Assembly: GCA_049513715.1 (NCBI GenBank)
Contig: JBEKVV010000001.1
Location: 640,001-704,000, forward strand
Length of the DNA: 64,000 nucleotides
Reading direction: 5' to 3'
Source of the DNA: Candidatus Bathyarchaeia archaeon
GTDB taxonomy: Archaea > Thermoproteota > Bathyarchaeia > 40CM-2-53-6
Below are positions 19,712 through 29,469 of this stretch, in pieces. Under the pieces are notes generated by a model that worked only from the letters and a program-made list of their open reading frames with translations, did no database searches and was not told where the DNA came from. Within the stretch, counting starts at the first letter, position 1; every line of letters begins with the position of its first letter. Made by a program: the position numbers and the translations under genes.

Positions 19712-20205
19712 TTAGCCTCGCTCTCCTTTCCTTTCTTTGGTGCATCAGCGGGCGGCTTTTGCTCAGTTTTTCCTTCTGGTTTAGGCTTCTCTTCTGACTT
19801 AGCCGGAGCTGGCTTCTGCTCCTCTTTGCCTTTCGTTTTCTCAGCCTTCGGTTTTGCTTCTTCCTTCTTCTCTTCTTTCTTGGCCGCGCTCTCTTTCTCC
19901 TTCTCCCGTACTTGCTTTCTTTCGTCCGGTGGGAGGTTGCGGGTTTGGATATATTTGGCTACAATACGTTTGCCGGTCTCAGCATCGTCATAAACCTGTA
20001 CCTCGCAGATCGCGCTCTGAGTACCTGTTTTTGTTCCCATGTCAACGATGTACACGTTTTCAGGTTTGGTTCCGTATTTTGTGGCCACAGCCTTTCTTAG
20101 GTCAATGTGGGACGGTGTTCCTGCGCCATCGTGGTCAACTTCTACGGACACCTCTTTCCTTTTCAGAAGGGCGTTGTAGTTGTCCTGTCTTATCTTGAGG
20201 TCCAA
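19708..20205 (-). CDS. rps24e: 30S ribosomal protein S24e with K/E/P-rich tail
   Basis: NALLKRKE, GTPS, VYDD, RN; about 70-aa charged tail. Confidence 0.92.
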   Translation of the reverse strand: MDLKIRQDNYNALLKRKEVSVEVDHDGAGTPSHIDLRKAVATKYGTKPENVYIVDMGTKTGTQSAICEVQVYDDAETGKRIVAKYIQTRNLPPDERKQVREKEKESAAKKEEKKEEAKPKAEKTKGKEEQKPAPAKSEEKPKPEGKTEQKPPADAPKKGKESEAK

Positions 20206-20215
20206 TTTGATTCGC

Positions 20216-20710
20216 CTACTTTGCTTTCTTCGCGGGTTTCTTGGGTGCCTTTACAGGCGCCTTCTTGGGTTTTGGTTTCTCCGGAGTTTTCTCTTTCGGT
20301 TTCACTGGTTTGGGCGCTTCAGTGGCCGGCTTAGGTTCAGCGGGAACTGGTGCTGGCCCTTCGCCCTCCTTTCTTACGGTGAAATTGATTTGGAAAGTCT
20401 CATCTGTTATTACTCGGCCGCGCACAAGCTTCCTTTTTCTCTCTCCATGCCTCTTGGGGCGAAACCCGGGCCCATCGGAAAGAACAATGTACTTCTTGAC
20501 TCCGCCGTGGACATCGCCACGCATCGGAATGCCGTTCTTGTCGCAGCCGCCCGAGATCAGGATTCGGCCTGAGTAGATTCCTAGGGCTGAGCCGTCAATC
20601 GTTTCCCCAAGTGAGCGACCCACCAGTGCTTGTGCACGTGATCCTTCCACTTCACTTGCTGTAGCCTTACCAGTTGCTGGGTCGGAAATTATGAGTTTGA
20701 ATTTCGCCAT
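20216..20710 (-). CDS. rps6e: 30S ribosomal protein S6e with P/K/A-rich tail
   Basis: FKLIISDP, ISGGCDKNGIPMR, GERKRKLVRG. Confidence 0.96.
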   Translation of the reverse strand: MAKFKLIISDPATGKATASEVEGSRAQALVGRSLGETIDGSALGIYSGRILISGGCDKNGIPMRGDVHGGVKKYIVLSDGPGFRPKRHGERKRKLVRGRVITDETFQINFTVRKEGEGPAPVPAEPKPATEAPKPVKPKEKTPEKPKPKKAPVKAPKKPAKKAK

Positions 20711-20790
20711 TTCGCTGACCTTTTCTTAGGCGCGAAGCGATACTGCCTTGAACGCCTTTTATTAAGGTTGCCAGAATCGGCTCATCGAAG

Positions 20791-21156
20791 TCAGCGACAT
20801 GGATGAGTTCGAAAATGAGATTTCAGCTCAGCAATGCTCAGGAAGCCCAGCTCTTTCTTGGTTGAACCTCCTGATTCCAACCAGATGTGTTTGGCCTTCT
20901 TACCCTCGATACTCTGAAGAAATTGGTCAACGGTGAGGATATGAATGGATTCAGGCATCTCCCCTGCAGATATACTGCCCACTAGTTCCACCCTACCTTC
21001 CCTGACGAGCTTACCTTCGACTCTGAAGCAGCTCAGCTTGTCATTAGCCGACCGCACGAGGCCAAGCGTGGCTTCGTCCCGCAACTCAATCAAAAGCATT
21101 GAATATTGATGGATCTCGCTGATGATTTGCAGCACGTCATTCGCGGAGATCATCAT
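20791..21156 (-). CDS. Hypothetical protein
   Basis: 121-aa ORF filling the gap between rps6e and rpl7ae; no motif recognised. Confidence 0.55.
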   Translation of the reverse strand: MMISANDVLQIISEIHQYSMLLIELRDEATLGLVRSANDKLSCFRVEGKLVREGRVELVGSISAGEMPESIHILTVDQFLQSIEGKKAKHIWLESGGSTKKELGFLSIAELKSHFRTHPCR

Positions 21157-21391
21157 GAATCAATATCCGGTATCGCGCTGGGACGTAGATTCTCAGGGCA
21201 AAAGTACCTATTCAAGTTTCACCGATTTCGTTTCATATGGAGGAACTGAGCAAAATCATGAGTTCTTGTTCCAGCAGACGACGGGTCTCTCGAAAAATCT
21301 CGGACGACGGAACGATTTTGTCAAGCAGAAACCTTCATAAAAGGCACACCCGTGATTACGCTAGCCAATTGGCAAATGTGCCGTGAAGCGA

Positions 21392-21784
21392 ATGCCAAAA
21401 CCATTCTACGTTAAGTACGAAGTACCGAAGGAACTGGCCGATAAGGCCTACCAACTTGTGCAAGTAGCAAAGGATTCGGGCAAAGTCAGGAAGGGAACCA
21501 ACGAAAGCACCAAAGCCATTGAACGTGCGGTAGCGAAGCTCGTTCTTATAGCCGAGGACGTTGACCCACCCCAAGTCGTCGCCCACTTACCCATATTGTG
21601 CGAGGAACGAAAGATCTCATACCTTTTCGTCCCAAGCAAGCTCGAATTGGGGAGATCTGCAGGCATAGATGTTGGTTGCGCCGCGATCTCCATCCTAGAT
21701 GGCGGCGAAGGTTCCAAGACTTTAAAAGAAATCATTGATGCCACTGAGCAGCTGAAGAAGAGCGGGGCTAAAGCCCAGACATGA
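21392..21784 (+). CDS. rpl7ae: 50S ribosomal protein L7Ae
   Basis: [32 protein letters not shown]. Confidence 0.97.
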   Translation: MPKPFYVKYEVPKELADKAYQLVQVAKDSGKVRKGTNESTKAIERAVAKLVLIAEDVDPPQVVAHLPILCEERKISYLFVPSKLELGRSAGIDVGCAAISILDGGEGSKTLKEIIDATEQLKKSGAKAQT

Positions 21785-22005
21785 GCTCTGCGAAGGAACG
21801 CGCGGAGGAAGCAATTACTCCCGCTGAGGTCACCCAGATAATTGGGCGAACCGGCGTAACAGGAGAGGTCATTCAAGTACGCGTCCGAATACTAGAGGGA
21901 AGGGACAAGGGTCGGGTTATCACACGAAACATCAAAGGCCCAATTCGAACCGGCGACATTCTGATGCTAAGGGAAACCGAAAGAGAGGCCAAGAAAATTA
22001 GGTAG
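21781..22005 (+). CDS. rps28e: 30S ribosomal protein S28e
   Basis: [19 protein letters not shown]. Confidence 0.97.
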   Translation: MSSAKERAEEAITPAEVTQIIGRTGVTGEVIQVRVRILEGRDKGRVITRNIKGPIRTGDILMLRETEREAKKIR

Positions 22006-22022
22006 GTTAAGGCGTCTGCGAC

Positions 22023-22217
22023 TTGCCCAGAACCTATACCTGTTCATTCTGCGGAAAAGACTTCCCGCAAGCGACTGGACTGATGTTCGTGCAGAATGAC
22101 GGCGCAATTCTCTATTTTTGCTCGACGAAGTGCAGAAAGAGCCTAATGGTTTACCGCAGAGACCCTCGAAAGTTGAAGTGGACTGTATACTACGGTAAGA
22201 AGGAAAGAGGAAAGTAA
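22023..22217 (+). CDS. rpl24e: 50S ribosomal protein L24e
   Basis: CSFCG, FCSTKC, RDPRKLKWT. Confidence 0.96.
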   Translation: MPRTYTCSFCGKDFPQATGLMFVQNDGAILYFCSTKCRKSLMVYRRDPRKLKWTVYYGKKERGK

Positions 22218-22228
22218 GGGCAATTGTA

Positions 22229-22687
22229 TTGCAGACCGAGCAGACTTTCTCCTTCTTGAAACCCGAGAGCGTCATGCGCGGGCTAATTGGCGAGATTATC
22301 GCACGATTTGAAAGAAAGGGACTCATCCTCGTCGCGGGAAAACTACTCCTCATGTCTCCTGAGCAAGCTCAGAGGTTGTATGAAGTCCACAAAGGGAAAC
22401 CGTTCTTCCAGGAGCTCGTTTCACACGTCACATCGGGGCCAGTGTTCGCTATGGTTTGGGAAGGTCCTAGCGCGGTGACCGTGGGCCGAAATCTGGTCGG
22501 TGCCACCAACCCGACTTTGGCGGCACCAGGCACGGTTCGGGGCGACTATGCTCTCTCTATCACTGCGAACGCGATACACGCCGCCGATTCACTTGAAAAC
22601 GCCAAACGTGAAATGTCCATATTCTTCGCGAGTAGTGAAATCACAAAGTACACGAAGCCTACCGAACGAGAGTTTCTGTTGAAGTAG
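22229..22687 (+). CDS. ndk: Nucleoside diphosphate kinase
   Basis: LKPE, HKGKPFF, SGP, GATNP, PGTVRGD, NAIHAADS. Confidence 0.96.
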   Translation: MQTEQTFSFLKPESVMRGLIGEIIARFERKGLILVAGKLLLMSPEQAQRLYEVHKGKPFFQELVSHVTSGPVFAMVWEGPSAVTVGRNLVGATNPTLAAPGTVRGDYALSITANAIHAADSLENAKREMSIFFASSEITKYTKPTEREFLLK

Positions 22688-22688
22688 C

Positions 22689-24476
22689 TTAGAAGCCCCA
22701 GACGGGGTTCTCGCGTCTTTTGATTTGAATCAACTCGTTTATGGTCTGGCGGTCGTCGTCAGTTAGCTCCGCCGGGAATTTGGTCAAAAACGTCTTGATG
22801 TGTCGTTCGGGAACATCCGTATACACGACATCTCCCTCGGAGATGTTGCGTCCGATTACACCATCCTCTATTGAAACCGCCACTTGCATTCCTACCCCAG
22901 CCTCCTTAATGTCCTCGCCTTTATCCTGGATGCGCAGCACCTCGCCCAACTTCTTCCCGGAAGCGCTTACGACCGGATACTTCGGTTTGAGATGTCCTGA
23001 TGTAACTTCGACACCCACGATTGCAGGTTTGCTTCTCCTGAAAATGAATCCAGCAAGAACCTTTGCTTTACACGGGCGGACCAGAAGGTTGAGTTCGGCC
23101 TTGACTCCTGCAGTGCGTTGTTCCTCGCTCCACCTTAGGTAGTCCTCAATCATGTGGTATATTATGTCGGATTTGAAAATCGGAATCCCAGCAGCCTCCG
23201 CCTCCTCCTGAGCGTCAGGAAGAATCTTCACATTGAACGCGAGAACAACGGCCAATAATCTATCCTGAGCGCTGAAGGCTTCAACCTCCGCAATGTCTCG
23301 CTTTGAAACGTCACCAATGTCGGCGGTGCGTATCTGGACGCCGTGACGGGAGATGGCTTCGGTTACAGCTTCCAAAGATCCCAACGTATCCGTTTTGAGA
23401 ACGACGCCGGATTTCTCGGTTTTTATTCGCAGCTTCTCAACTTCGTCTTCAACTATTCGGACATATTCCTTGACGTTCTTCGCTTTCGGAACGGCGTAGA
23501 GCGTCGAGCCAGCAAGCGCACTTTCCAGGTTCGGCGCGGCGATTTTGACCCCTGACGCCGCTGCGACTCGCTTAACGCTCGTGAATTTGTCTCTCGGGTC
23601 TCTGATTTCATCAAGCGGCTTTGGTAATAGTATTGCTCTGACCTCGGTCACGATGGGTTTATCGCGCCCCCCTATGACGATTGTATCATCAACTTTCAAC
23701 GCGCCGTCGTAGATGATTGCGTTTATCGTAGTGCCCAATCCGGGTTCATCTTTCACTTCAAGAACAGTACCTCTGGCTGGGCCTGAGGTAGTTTGAAGCA
23801 CCTTTGACAAGTAGGCTTGCGTTAGTCCCGTCAGTATTGCAAGAAGTTCTGGAATTCCCTCCCCCGTCTTGGCGCTAACAGGCACGATTGCCACATTCTC
23901 AGTGAATGATGAGATTCGGTCGAATCGGTCGGCTCGGAAACCGAGTCTGGACAGGGTCCCCATGACTGTGTAGATTCGGTTGTCGAGGTCCGTTTGGACT
24001 TCCGGAAATTGTGCTTTAATGGAATTGATGAATTGCATCTCAAGCTGGGTTTTCCAGCCTGGAATTGCGTCTACCTTGTTCGCTGCAACAATGAAAGGTG
24101 TCTTTCTGCTCTTGAGAATGTTGATCGATTCGACGGTTTGCGGTTCCACGCCCTTCGTTACATCAATCACGAGGATGGCTATGTCAGCTGCTGACCCTCC
24201 TCTTCTCCGGAGATTTGAGAAGGTTTCATGGCCTGGGGTGTCGATGAAAAGGAGCCCCGGTACTTTGACGTCGAAGTGAAATTGTTCCAGTAAGCTCCCG
24301 CAGATCTTCTCGATTGTTTTGCTGGGAAGGAGGCTGGCTCCAATCCACTGCGTTATTTGGCCGGGCTCATGCTTTGCAACCGTTGTCCCCCTCAACTTGT
24401 CTAAGAGGGTGGTTTTACCATGGTCGACATGGCCTAAAACGACGACGATTGGTTGGCGGAGGGTCAATGTTTTCAC
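22689..24476 (-). CDS. infB: Translation initiation factor aIF5B (IF-2)
   Basis: LRQPIV..GHVDHGKTT, ITQWIGA, DTPGHE, NKVD, DTLGSLEA. Confidence 0.97.
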   Translation of the reverse strand: MKTLTLRQPIVVVLGHVDHGKTTLLDKLRGTTVAKHEPGQITQWIGASLLPSKTIEKICGSLLEQFHFDVKVPGLLFIDTPGHETFSNLRRRGGSAADIAILVIDVTKGVEPQTVESINILKSRKTPFIVAANKVDAIPGWKTQLEMQFINSIKAQFPEVQTDLDNRIYTVMGTLSRLGFRADRFDRISSFTENVAIVPVSAKTGEGIPELLAILTGLTQAYLSKVLQTTSGPARGTVLEVKDEPGLGTTINAIIYDGALKVDDTIVIGGRDKPIVTEVRAILLPKPLDEIRDPRDKFTSVKRVAAASGVKIAAPNLESALAGSTLYAVPKAKNVKEYVRIVEDEVEKLRIKTEKSGVVLKTDTLGSLEAVTEAISRHGVQIRTADIGDVSKRDIAEVEAFSAQDRLLAVVLAFNVKILPDAQEEAEAAGIPIFKSDIIYHMIEDYLRWSEEQRTAGVKAELNLLVRPCKAKVLAGFIFRRSKPAIVGVEVTSGHLKPKYPVVSASGKKLGEVLRIQDKGEDIKEAGVGMQVAVSIEDGVIGRNISEGDVVYTDVPERHIKTFLTKFPAELTDDDRQTINELIQIKRRENPVWGF

Positions 24477-24579
24477 GCAGTGTTTGCGTTTTCGTGTTCC
24501 TGTACACGAACCTTGGCCCTTAAACTTTCGTTGAGCTTTTTACATTCGGACCAATAGGTTCACGCGGCGCTCTGTTAGG

Positions 24580-27447
24580 ATGGTCCTTGAACAACCCACC
24601 GTTTTCGACGATCTCGCGAAACCGATACGCGAGGCCCTCACGGAGCGCGGCTTCATTTCCCCCACTGACCCCCAAATGAAAGCCATCCCAGAGATCCTAG
24701 CTGGCAAGAATGTTCTGCTGATTTCACCCACGGCTTCGGGAAAGACTGAGGCGGCGGTTCTTCCAGTCCTAAGCATGTACATAACAAACCGAGCTCAGGA
24801 ACCGGGTATTAAGATACTGTACATTACCCCTTTGCGGGCACTGAATCGAGATATGCTTGACAGGCTTGAGTGGTGGGGAAAGCGGCTTGACCTAAAGATC
24901 GCCGTAAGGCATGGGGATACGGAGACCAAAGAACGAACGTTTCAGGCGAAAAGCCCTCCTGACATGTTGATCATAACTCCAGAAACTCTCCAGGCAATAA
25001 TGACCGGAAGGCTGATGAAACGACACCTGCAAGCTGTAAAGTACATCATCATCGATGAAGTGCACGAGCTGGCCGAAAATAAACGAGGCAGCCAGCTAGC
25101 ATTGGCACTGGAAAGGTTACGCTGGGCGACGATGCATGAGTTCCAATTAATTGGGCTCTCTGCAACGATTGGCACACCAGAGAAGGTGGCTGCATTTCTC
25201 GTTGGTCAGGGCCGACAAGCGACGATAGTTCATGTTCCTGTAGGCCGTCAAATACACTTAGAGGTCACGTGCCCTCAACCTGGACCCGCAGATGTTGCAC
25301 TGGCCTCGAGGTTGTATACGCACCCAGAAGTTGCCGCGCGCCTAAAACAAATGCGCGGCCTGATCGAAAGCCACCGCTCCGTAATCCTCTTCACAAACAC
25401 GAGGGCGATTGCAGAGATCCTCGCAAGCCGAATGAAAGTCTGGGACGTGGACTTCCCAATATCCATCCATCACGGCTCACTAGCCAAACCCTCCAGAATC
25501 AGCGCGGAGAGAGGATTGAAGGATGGCCAATTGCGAGGGCTGGTGGCAACATCGTCCTTGGAGCTGGGAATTGATGTAGGGTCGGTGGACTTCGTCATCC
25601 AATACATGAGCCCCAGACAAGTCACGCGCCTCATACAACGTGTGGGAAGAAGCGGCCACAGAATCGGAAGAACTGCCGACGGCGTTGTCGTTGCGCTTGA
25701 CTCCGACGACACATTAGAGGCGATGGTGATCGCCAGACGAGCCTTGGAAGAAACCCTAGAGCCTGTTTCCATACCGTACAAACCTCTAGATGTGCTCGCG
25801 CACCAATTGGTAGGCCTACTAATACAGAAAGGAAGATGGTACATTCACGAAATCATGGAAGTTGTATGCAAAGCATACCCATACCGCGACCTGACCGAAC
25901 AGGACTTGATCGGTGTAATCACGTACATGCACTCCCGATTTCCACGCCTCTGCTGGTTCTCTCAACAGGACAGCATCATTTTGCGACCACGACGCATGGA
26001 ATCACTATTCACTTACTACTTCGGCAAACTCTCAATGATACCTGACGAAAAGCAGTACCTAATCATCGACCAGTCCAACGACGAAGCCGTGGGGGTTTTG
26101 GATGAAGCCTTCGTTGCTGAGTACGGCGAACCCGGAAGGAAATTCATAATCCGTGGAACCCCATGGCAGATGATGAGCATTCGAAGCGATAAAATCTACG
26201 TCAAAGCAATCAGAGACCCAGCAGGCTCAATTCCAAGCTGGGTTGGTGAAGAAATTCCGGTTCCTTTCGAGATTGGCCAAGAAGTCGGATTGATTCGAAG
26301 ACATGTCGAGGAAGGCTTGCGCGCTGGCAAGAGGAACGAAGATCTTGTCGCAGAATTATGTCGAGTTTACCCTGCGAACTCGGATACTATGAGAAGGGCA
26401 CTTGGCGAGACGTTTGAACAAGCCGCGCTGGGGCTAGTGCTGCCAACCGATAGACGGGTCGTTGTTGAGGATTGGGACGAGTTCGTCATCGTTAATGCGA
26501 ACTTCGGTTTGCTAGTAAACCGAACGTTAGCCAGACTGGTAGGGCATGTTCTGTCAGAAGAACTAGGGTTGACCATCGGTGTCCAACAAGACCCTTACCG
26601 ATTCGTCATCCAAACCTCCGGTCAAGCTAACAGTGCCAAGATTGTTCAGGTTCTCAAGCAACTGCGCACTATGAATGTTGACGCCTTGGTGGTCGAGTCT
26701 TCTAAGAAAACGGGCCTGTTCAAGCGCCGGCTGGTTCATGTCGCGAGAAGGTTCGGGGCAATTACAAAGTGGGTCGAGTTGGGCAGCGTCAACCTGCGCC
26801 AATTAATGAGAAGCTTCGAAGGGACGGTGATTATGGAGGAGGCGTTGAAAGAGACGCTTGAAAGAGACTTGGACGTTTCGAACACGATCAAGGTCCTGGA
26901 GCAGCTGGGCGGATCAATAGAAGTTGTAGTGTCACCTAGCACGGCAGAGGCTACACCCATCGCTAGGGTGGGCATCGAGAGAATAAGCCGGAAGACGGAT
27001 TTGATACCTCCAGAAAAACTGAAGCGAATCCTGCTAGAGTCCACCAAAGTCAGAATACTAAACGAGTGCAGGACTCTGGCCTGCCCCAAATGCTTTGAGT
27101 CCTCGAAGATCGTGAGAATCAAAGACATCCCGGAGAACCTCACTTGCCCATCATGCGGAAAAGGGCAACTTGGGCTCACTATAGAAACGCCTGACTTCAT
27201 TGACAAGATTCACCGAAAACACGGCCGAAACTTGTCACAAGCAGAACGGAAAATCAGTGAAGACCTCAAAGCCACGTCCCTTCTCCTTCGCAAGCATGGA
27301 AGAGTTGCTGCTTGCGTCTTGGCTGGAAGGAGGATAGGGCTGGGCGAGGCCAAGGCAGTCCTGCGTACACATCACAAATTCTCGGACAAACTGTTTGAAT
27401 CAATTATGGCTGCTGAAAGAAGGGTGCTTCGGCGCCGGTTTTGGTAA
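24580..27447 (+). CDS. Lhr-like SF2 DEAH-box helicase with C-terminal Zn finger
   Basis: PTASGKT, PLRAL, RHGDT, DEVHE, SAT, HHGSL, SSLELGIDVG, QRVGRSGH; CPKC..CPSC. Confidence 0.93.
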   Translation: MVLEQPTVFDDLAKPIREALTERGFISPTDPQMKAIPEILAGKNVLLISPTASGKTEAAVLPVLSMYITNRAQEPGIKILYITPLRALNRDMLDRLEWWGKRLDLKIAVRHGDTETKERTFQAKSPPDMLIITPETLQAIMTGRLMKRHLQAVKYIIIDEVHELAENKRGSQLALALERLRWATMHEFQLIGLSATIGTPEKVAAFLVGQGRQATIVHVPVGRQIHLEVTCPQPGPADVALASRLYTHPEVAARLKQMRGLIESHRSVILFTNTRAIAEILASRMKVWDVDFPISIHHGSLAKPSRISAERGLKDGQLRGLVATSSLELGIDVGSVDFVIQYMSPRQVTRLIQRVGRSGHRIGRTADGVVVALDSDDTLEAMVIARRALEETLEPVSIPYKPLDVLAHQLVGLLIQKGRWYIHEIMEVVCKAYPYRDLTEQDLIGVITYMHSRFPRLCWFSQQDSIILRPRRMESLFTYYFGKLSMIPDEKQYLIIDQSNDEAVGVLDEAFVAEYGEPGRKFIIRGTPWQMMSIRSDKIYVKAIRDPAGSIPSWVGEEIPVPFEIGQEVGLIRRHVEEGLRAGKRNEDLVAELCRVYPANSDTMRRALGETFEQAALGLVLPTDRRVVVEDWDEFVIVNANFGLLVNRTLARLVGHVLSEELGLTIGVQQDPYRFVIQTSGQANSAKIVQVLKQLRTMNVDALVVESSKKTGLFKRRLVHVARRFGAITKWVELGSVNLRQLMRSFEGTVIMEEALKETLERDLDVSNTIKVLEQLGGSIEVVVSPSTAEATPIARVGIERISRKTDLIPPEKLKRILLESTKVRILNECRTLACPKCFESSKIVRIKDIPENLTCPSCGKGQLGLTIETPDFIDKIHRKHGRNLSQAERKISEDLKATSLLLRKHGRVAACVLAGRRIGLGEAKAVLRTHHKFSDKLFESIMAAERRVLRRRFW

Positions 27448-27507
27448 AGTCAGTCGCTCCTGCAAACTGCCACAATAACGATAAGCGGGGATGGCATATC
27501 AAATCTC

Positions 27508-27567
27508 GGGCGATGACGAAAGCTGGTATTGGAGTAACCTGTGATCGAAGAAACCAGACCTGAGCCC
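27508..27567 (+). ncRNA. Box C/D methylation guide sRNA (candidate)
   Basis: GGGC-GATGACGA (C) - guide AAGCTGGTATT - degenerate D'/C' (TGGA...GTGATCGA) - guide AGAAACCAGAC - CTGA (D) - GCCC terminal stem. Confidence 0.75.
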
Positions 27568-27714
27568 AAAACCGTCCGCTATCAGAACGAAGTGCTCTGA
27601 CTTAGAATTCCCAGGTTTGAAAGTACTTGCTTCGCATATTCGATTTGTGGGAGCTTTTATATGTCCAGATGGGTGCTCTTTGCAGTACCGAAACATTGGA
27701 GGAAAATTGTGTAA

Positions 27715-29403
27715 ATGTCAACTGAAGCTAAACCTAAACCTAAACGAACAACCACTTACATCGCCGCTGCGGTACTAATCATAATCATGGTAGCTGGCGC
27801 TGGATACTACTTCTATCAATCATCGATGATGCCACCAACGCCAACGACAACGACGCCAACGACGTCAGCAGGTCCGCAATACAAGGACACAATCGTCGTT
27901 GGGACCACAGACTCGGTCCAGACCACCCTCGATCCAGCCGACGCTTATGACTACTTCGCGAACGATGTGGTCATGTACAACGTAGGAGGAGGGCTAGTGG
28001 ACTATGCGCCAGGAACGACCACGATCGTCCCCAACCTTGCAACATCTTGGACCGTTAGCTCAGACGGCCTTACTTGGACATTCAACCTTAGGCAAGGCGT
28101 CAAATTCGCAGACGGAACAGCATTCGATGCCAACGTTGTGAAATACTCAATAGACCGACAAATGGCTATCGATGAACCTGAAGGCCCATTCGCAGGGGTA
28201 GGACTCGATACCTTGATTAACAAAACCGTCGTGACCGGACCGCTTCAAGTTCAATTCGTGTTGAACCAGCCATTCTCAGCATTCCTAGCCATGGTTGCTT
28301 TCAACGCGATGTTTCCAGTGAACCCGAATGTTGCGCCAATGCATGCGATCGTCAACTATACTGGTACTGTGAACACTGAGGTACCGAATGATATTGGGCC
28401 TTACATGCTGAGCAACTGGCAGAGAACAGCTGGCAAGGACGTGGAAATGGACTTTGTTCCAAATCCGAACTGGTGGAACGTGTCAAGTGGGTATCCGAAA
28501 ACTAAAAACATAATCTACAAGTTCTATTCGGACTCCACAACCCTCAATTTGGCATTGCAAAGCGGATCCATCGACATCGCATACAGACAACTCGCTCCCG
28601 CAGACATTCAATCATACCAATCGAACACCAAATTCAAAGTGTGGCAAGGACCTGGTCAATTTATCCAGTACCTTGTCTTCAACGAAAAACAGGCACCGTT
28701 CGACAAGGTGGATGTGAGGAAGGCAATCGCAACCGCTCTCGACAGGTCCCTCATAACCAATACAGTATTCCTTGGACAGACTGTTCCATTATACAGTATG
28801 GTACCTATCGGGATGTCGTACCACACAGATTCGTTCAAAACCATGTACGGCGACGCTGACACAGCAAAAGCAACTTCTCTTCTGCAAAGTGCAGGCTACA
28901 GCACATCGAACCCATTGAAGTTCACCCTAACCTACCCAACTGGACACTACAGCTCAACCGACGGAATCGCCTCAGCCCTCAAGCAAGCGCTTGAGAAAAC
29001 AGGGGTGATTCAGGTCACACTTGCCAACGAGCCTTGGGCAAACTACAAAGCAAGCACAGGGGCCGATCAATTGCAGGTATACATCTACGGTTGGTATCCT
29101 GACTTCATTGATCCATACGACTACACTTATCCATTCCTGCCCCCGGACGGAGTTGGTTTCTTGCATACGCACTACCTCAGCCCAACCATGTCGCAACTCT
29201 TGCACCAAGCAGCAGGGAACACGGACCCGACTGCTTTTCCAAAGATCTACACACAAATTCAGGACCAGGTTGCAACTGACGTCCCGATGGTGCCCTTGTT
29301 CCAAGGAACCACAATCGTCATCACGAACCCGGCGGTTGGCGGGATCGTTCTAGACCCAACAACGATTTTCAGACTGTACCTGATGTGGGAAACGGCGTCT
29401 TAG
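27715..29403 (+). CDS. ABC peptide/nickel-family substrate-binding protein (family 5)
   Basis: N-terminal TM anchor, P/T linker, LATSW.VS.DGLTWTFNLRQGVKFADG, GWYPDF.DP. Confidence 0.93.
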   Translation: MSTEAKPKPKRTTTYIAAAVLIIIMVAGAGYYFYQSSMMPPTPTTTTPTTSAGPQYKDTIVVGTTDSVQTTLDPADAYDYFANDVVMYNVGGGLVDYAPGTTTIVPNLATSWTVSSDGLTWTFNLRQGVKFADGTAFDANVVKYSIDRQMAIDEPEGPFAGVGLDTLINKTVVTGPLQVQFVLNQPFSAFLAMVAFNAMFPVNPNVAPMHAIVNYTGTVNTEVPNDIGPYMLSNWQRTAGKDVEMDFVPNPNWWNVSSGYPKTKNIIYKFYSDSTTLNLALQSGSIDIAYRQLAPADIQSYQSNTKFKVWQGPGQFIQYLVFNEKQAPFDKVDVRKAIATALDRSLITNTVFLGQTVPLYSMVPIGMSYHTDSFKTMYGDADTAKATSLLQSAGYSTSNPLKFTLTYPTGHYSSTDGIASALKQALEKTGVIQVTLANEPWANYKASTGADQLQVYIYGWYPDFIDPYDYTYPFLPPDGVGFLHTHYLSPTMSQLLHQAAGNTDPTAFPKIYTQIQDQVATDVPMVPLFQGTTIVITNPAVGGIVLDPTTIFRLYLMWETAS

Positions 29404-29469
29404 AAACAACATCCTAGTGGGAGAATGTCTGGGTAAGTTTAAAGCCCAGCCACGTTCCCTCCTTTTTTT

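Noticed and set aside
21343..21392. Kink-turn in the rpl7ae 5' UTR (autoregulation known in other archaea)
   Set aside because: GGCA/TGCC stem and GTGA...GA are present, but I could not build a proper k-turn with both stems.
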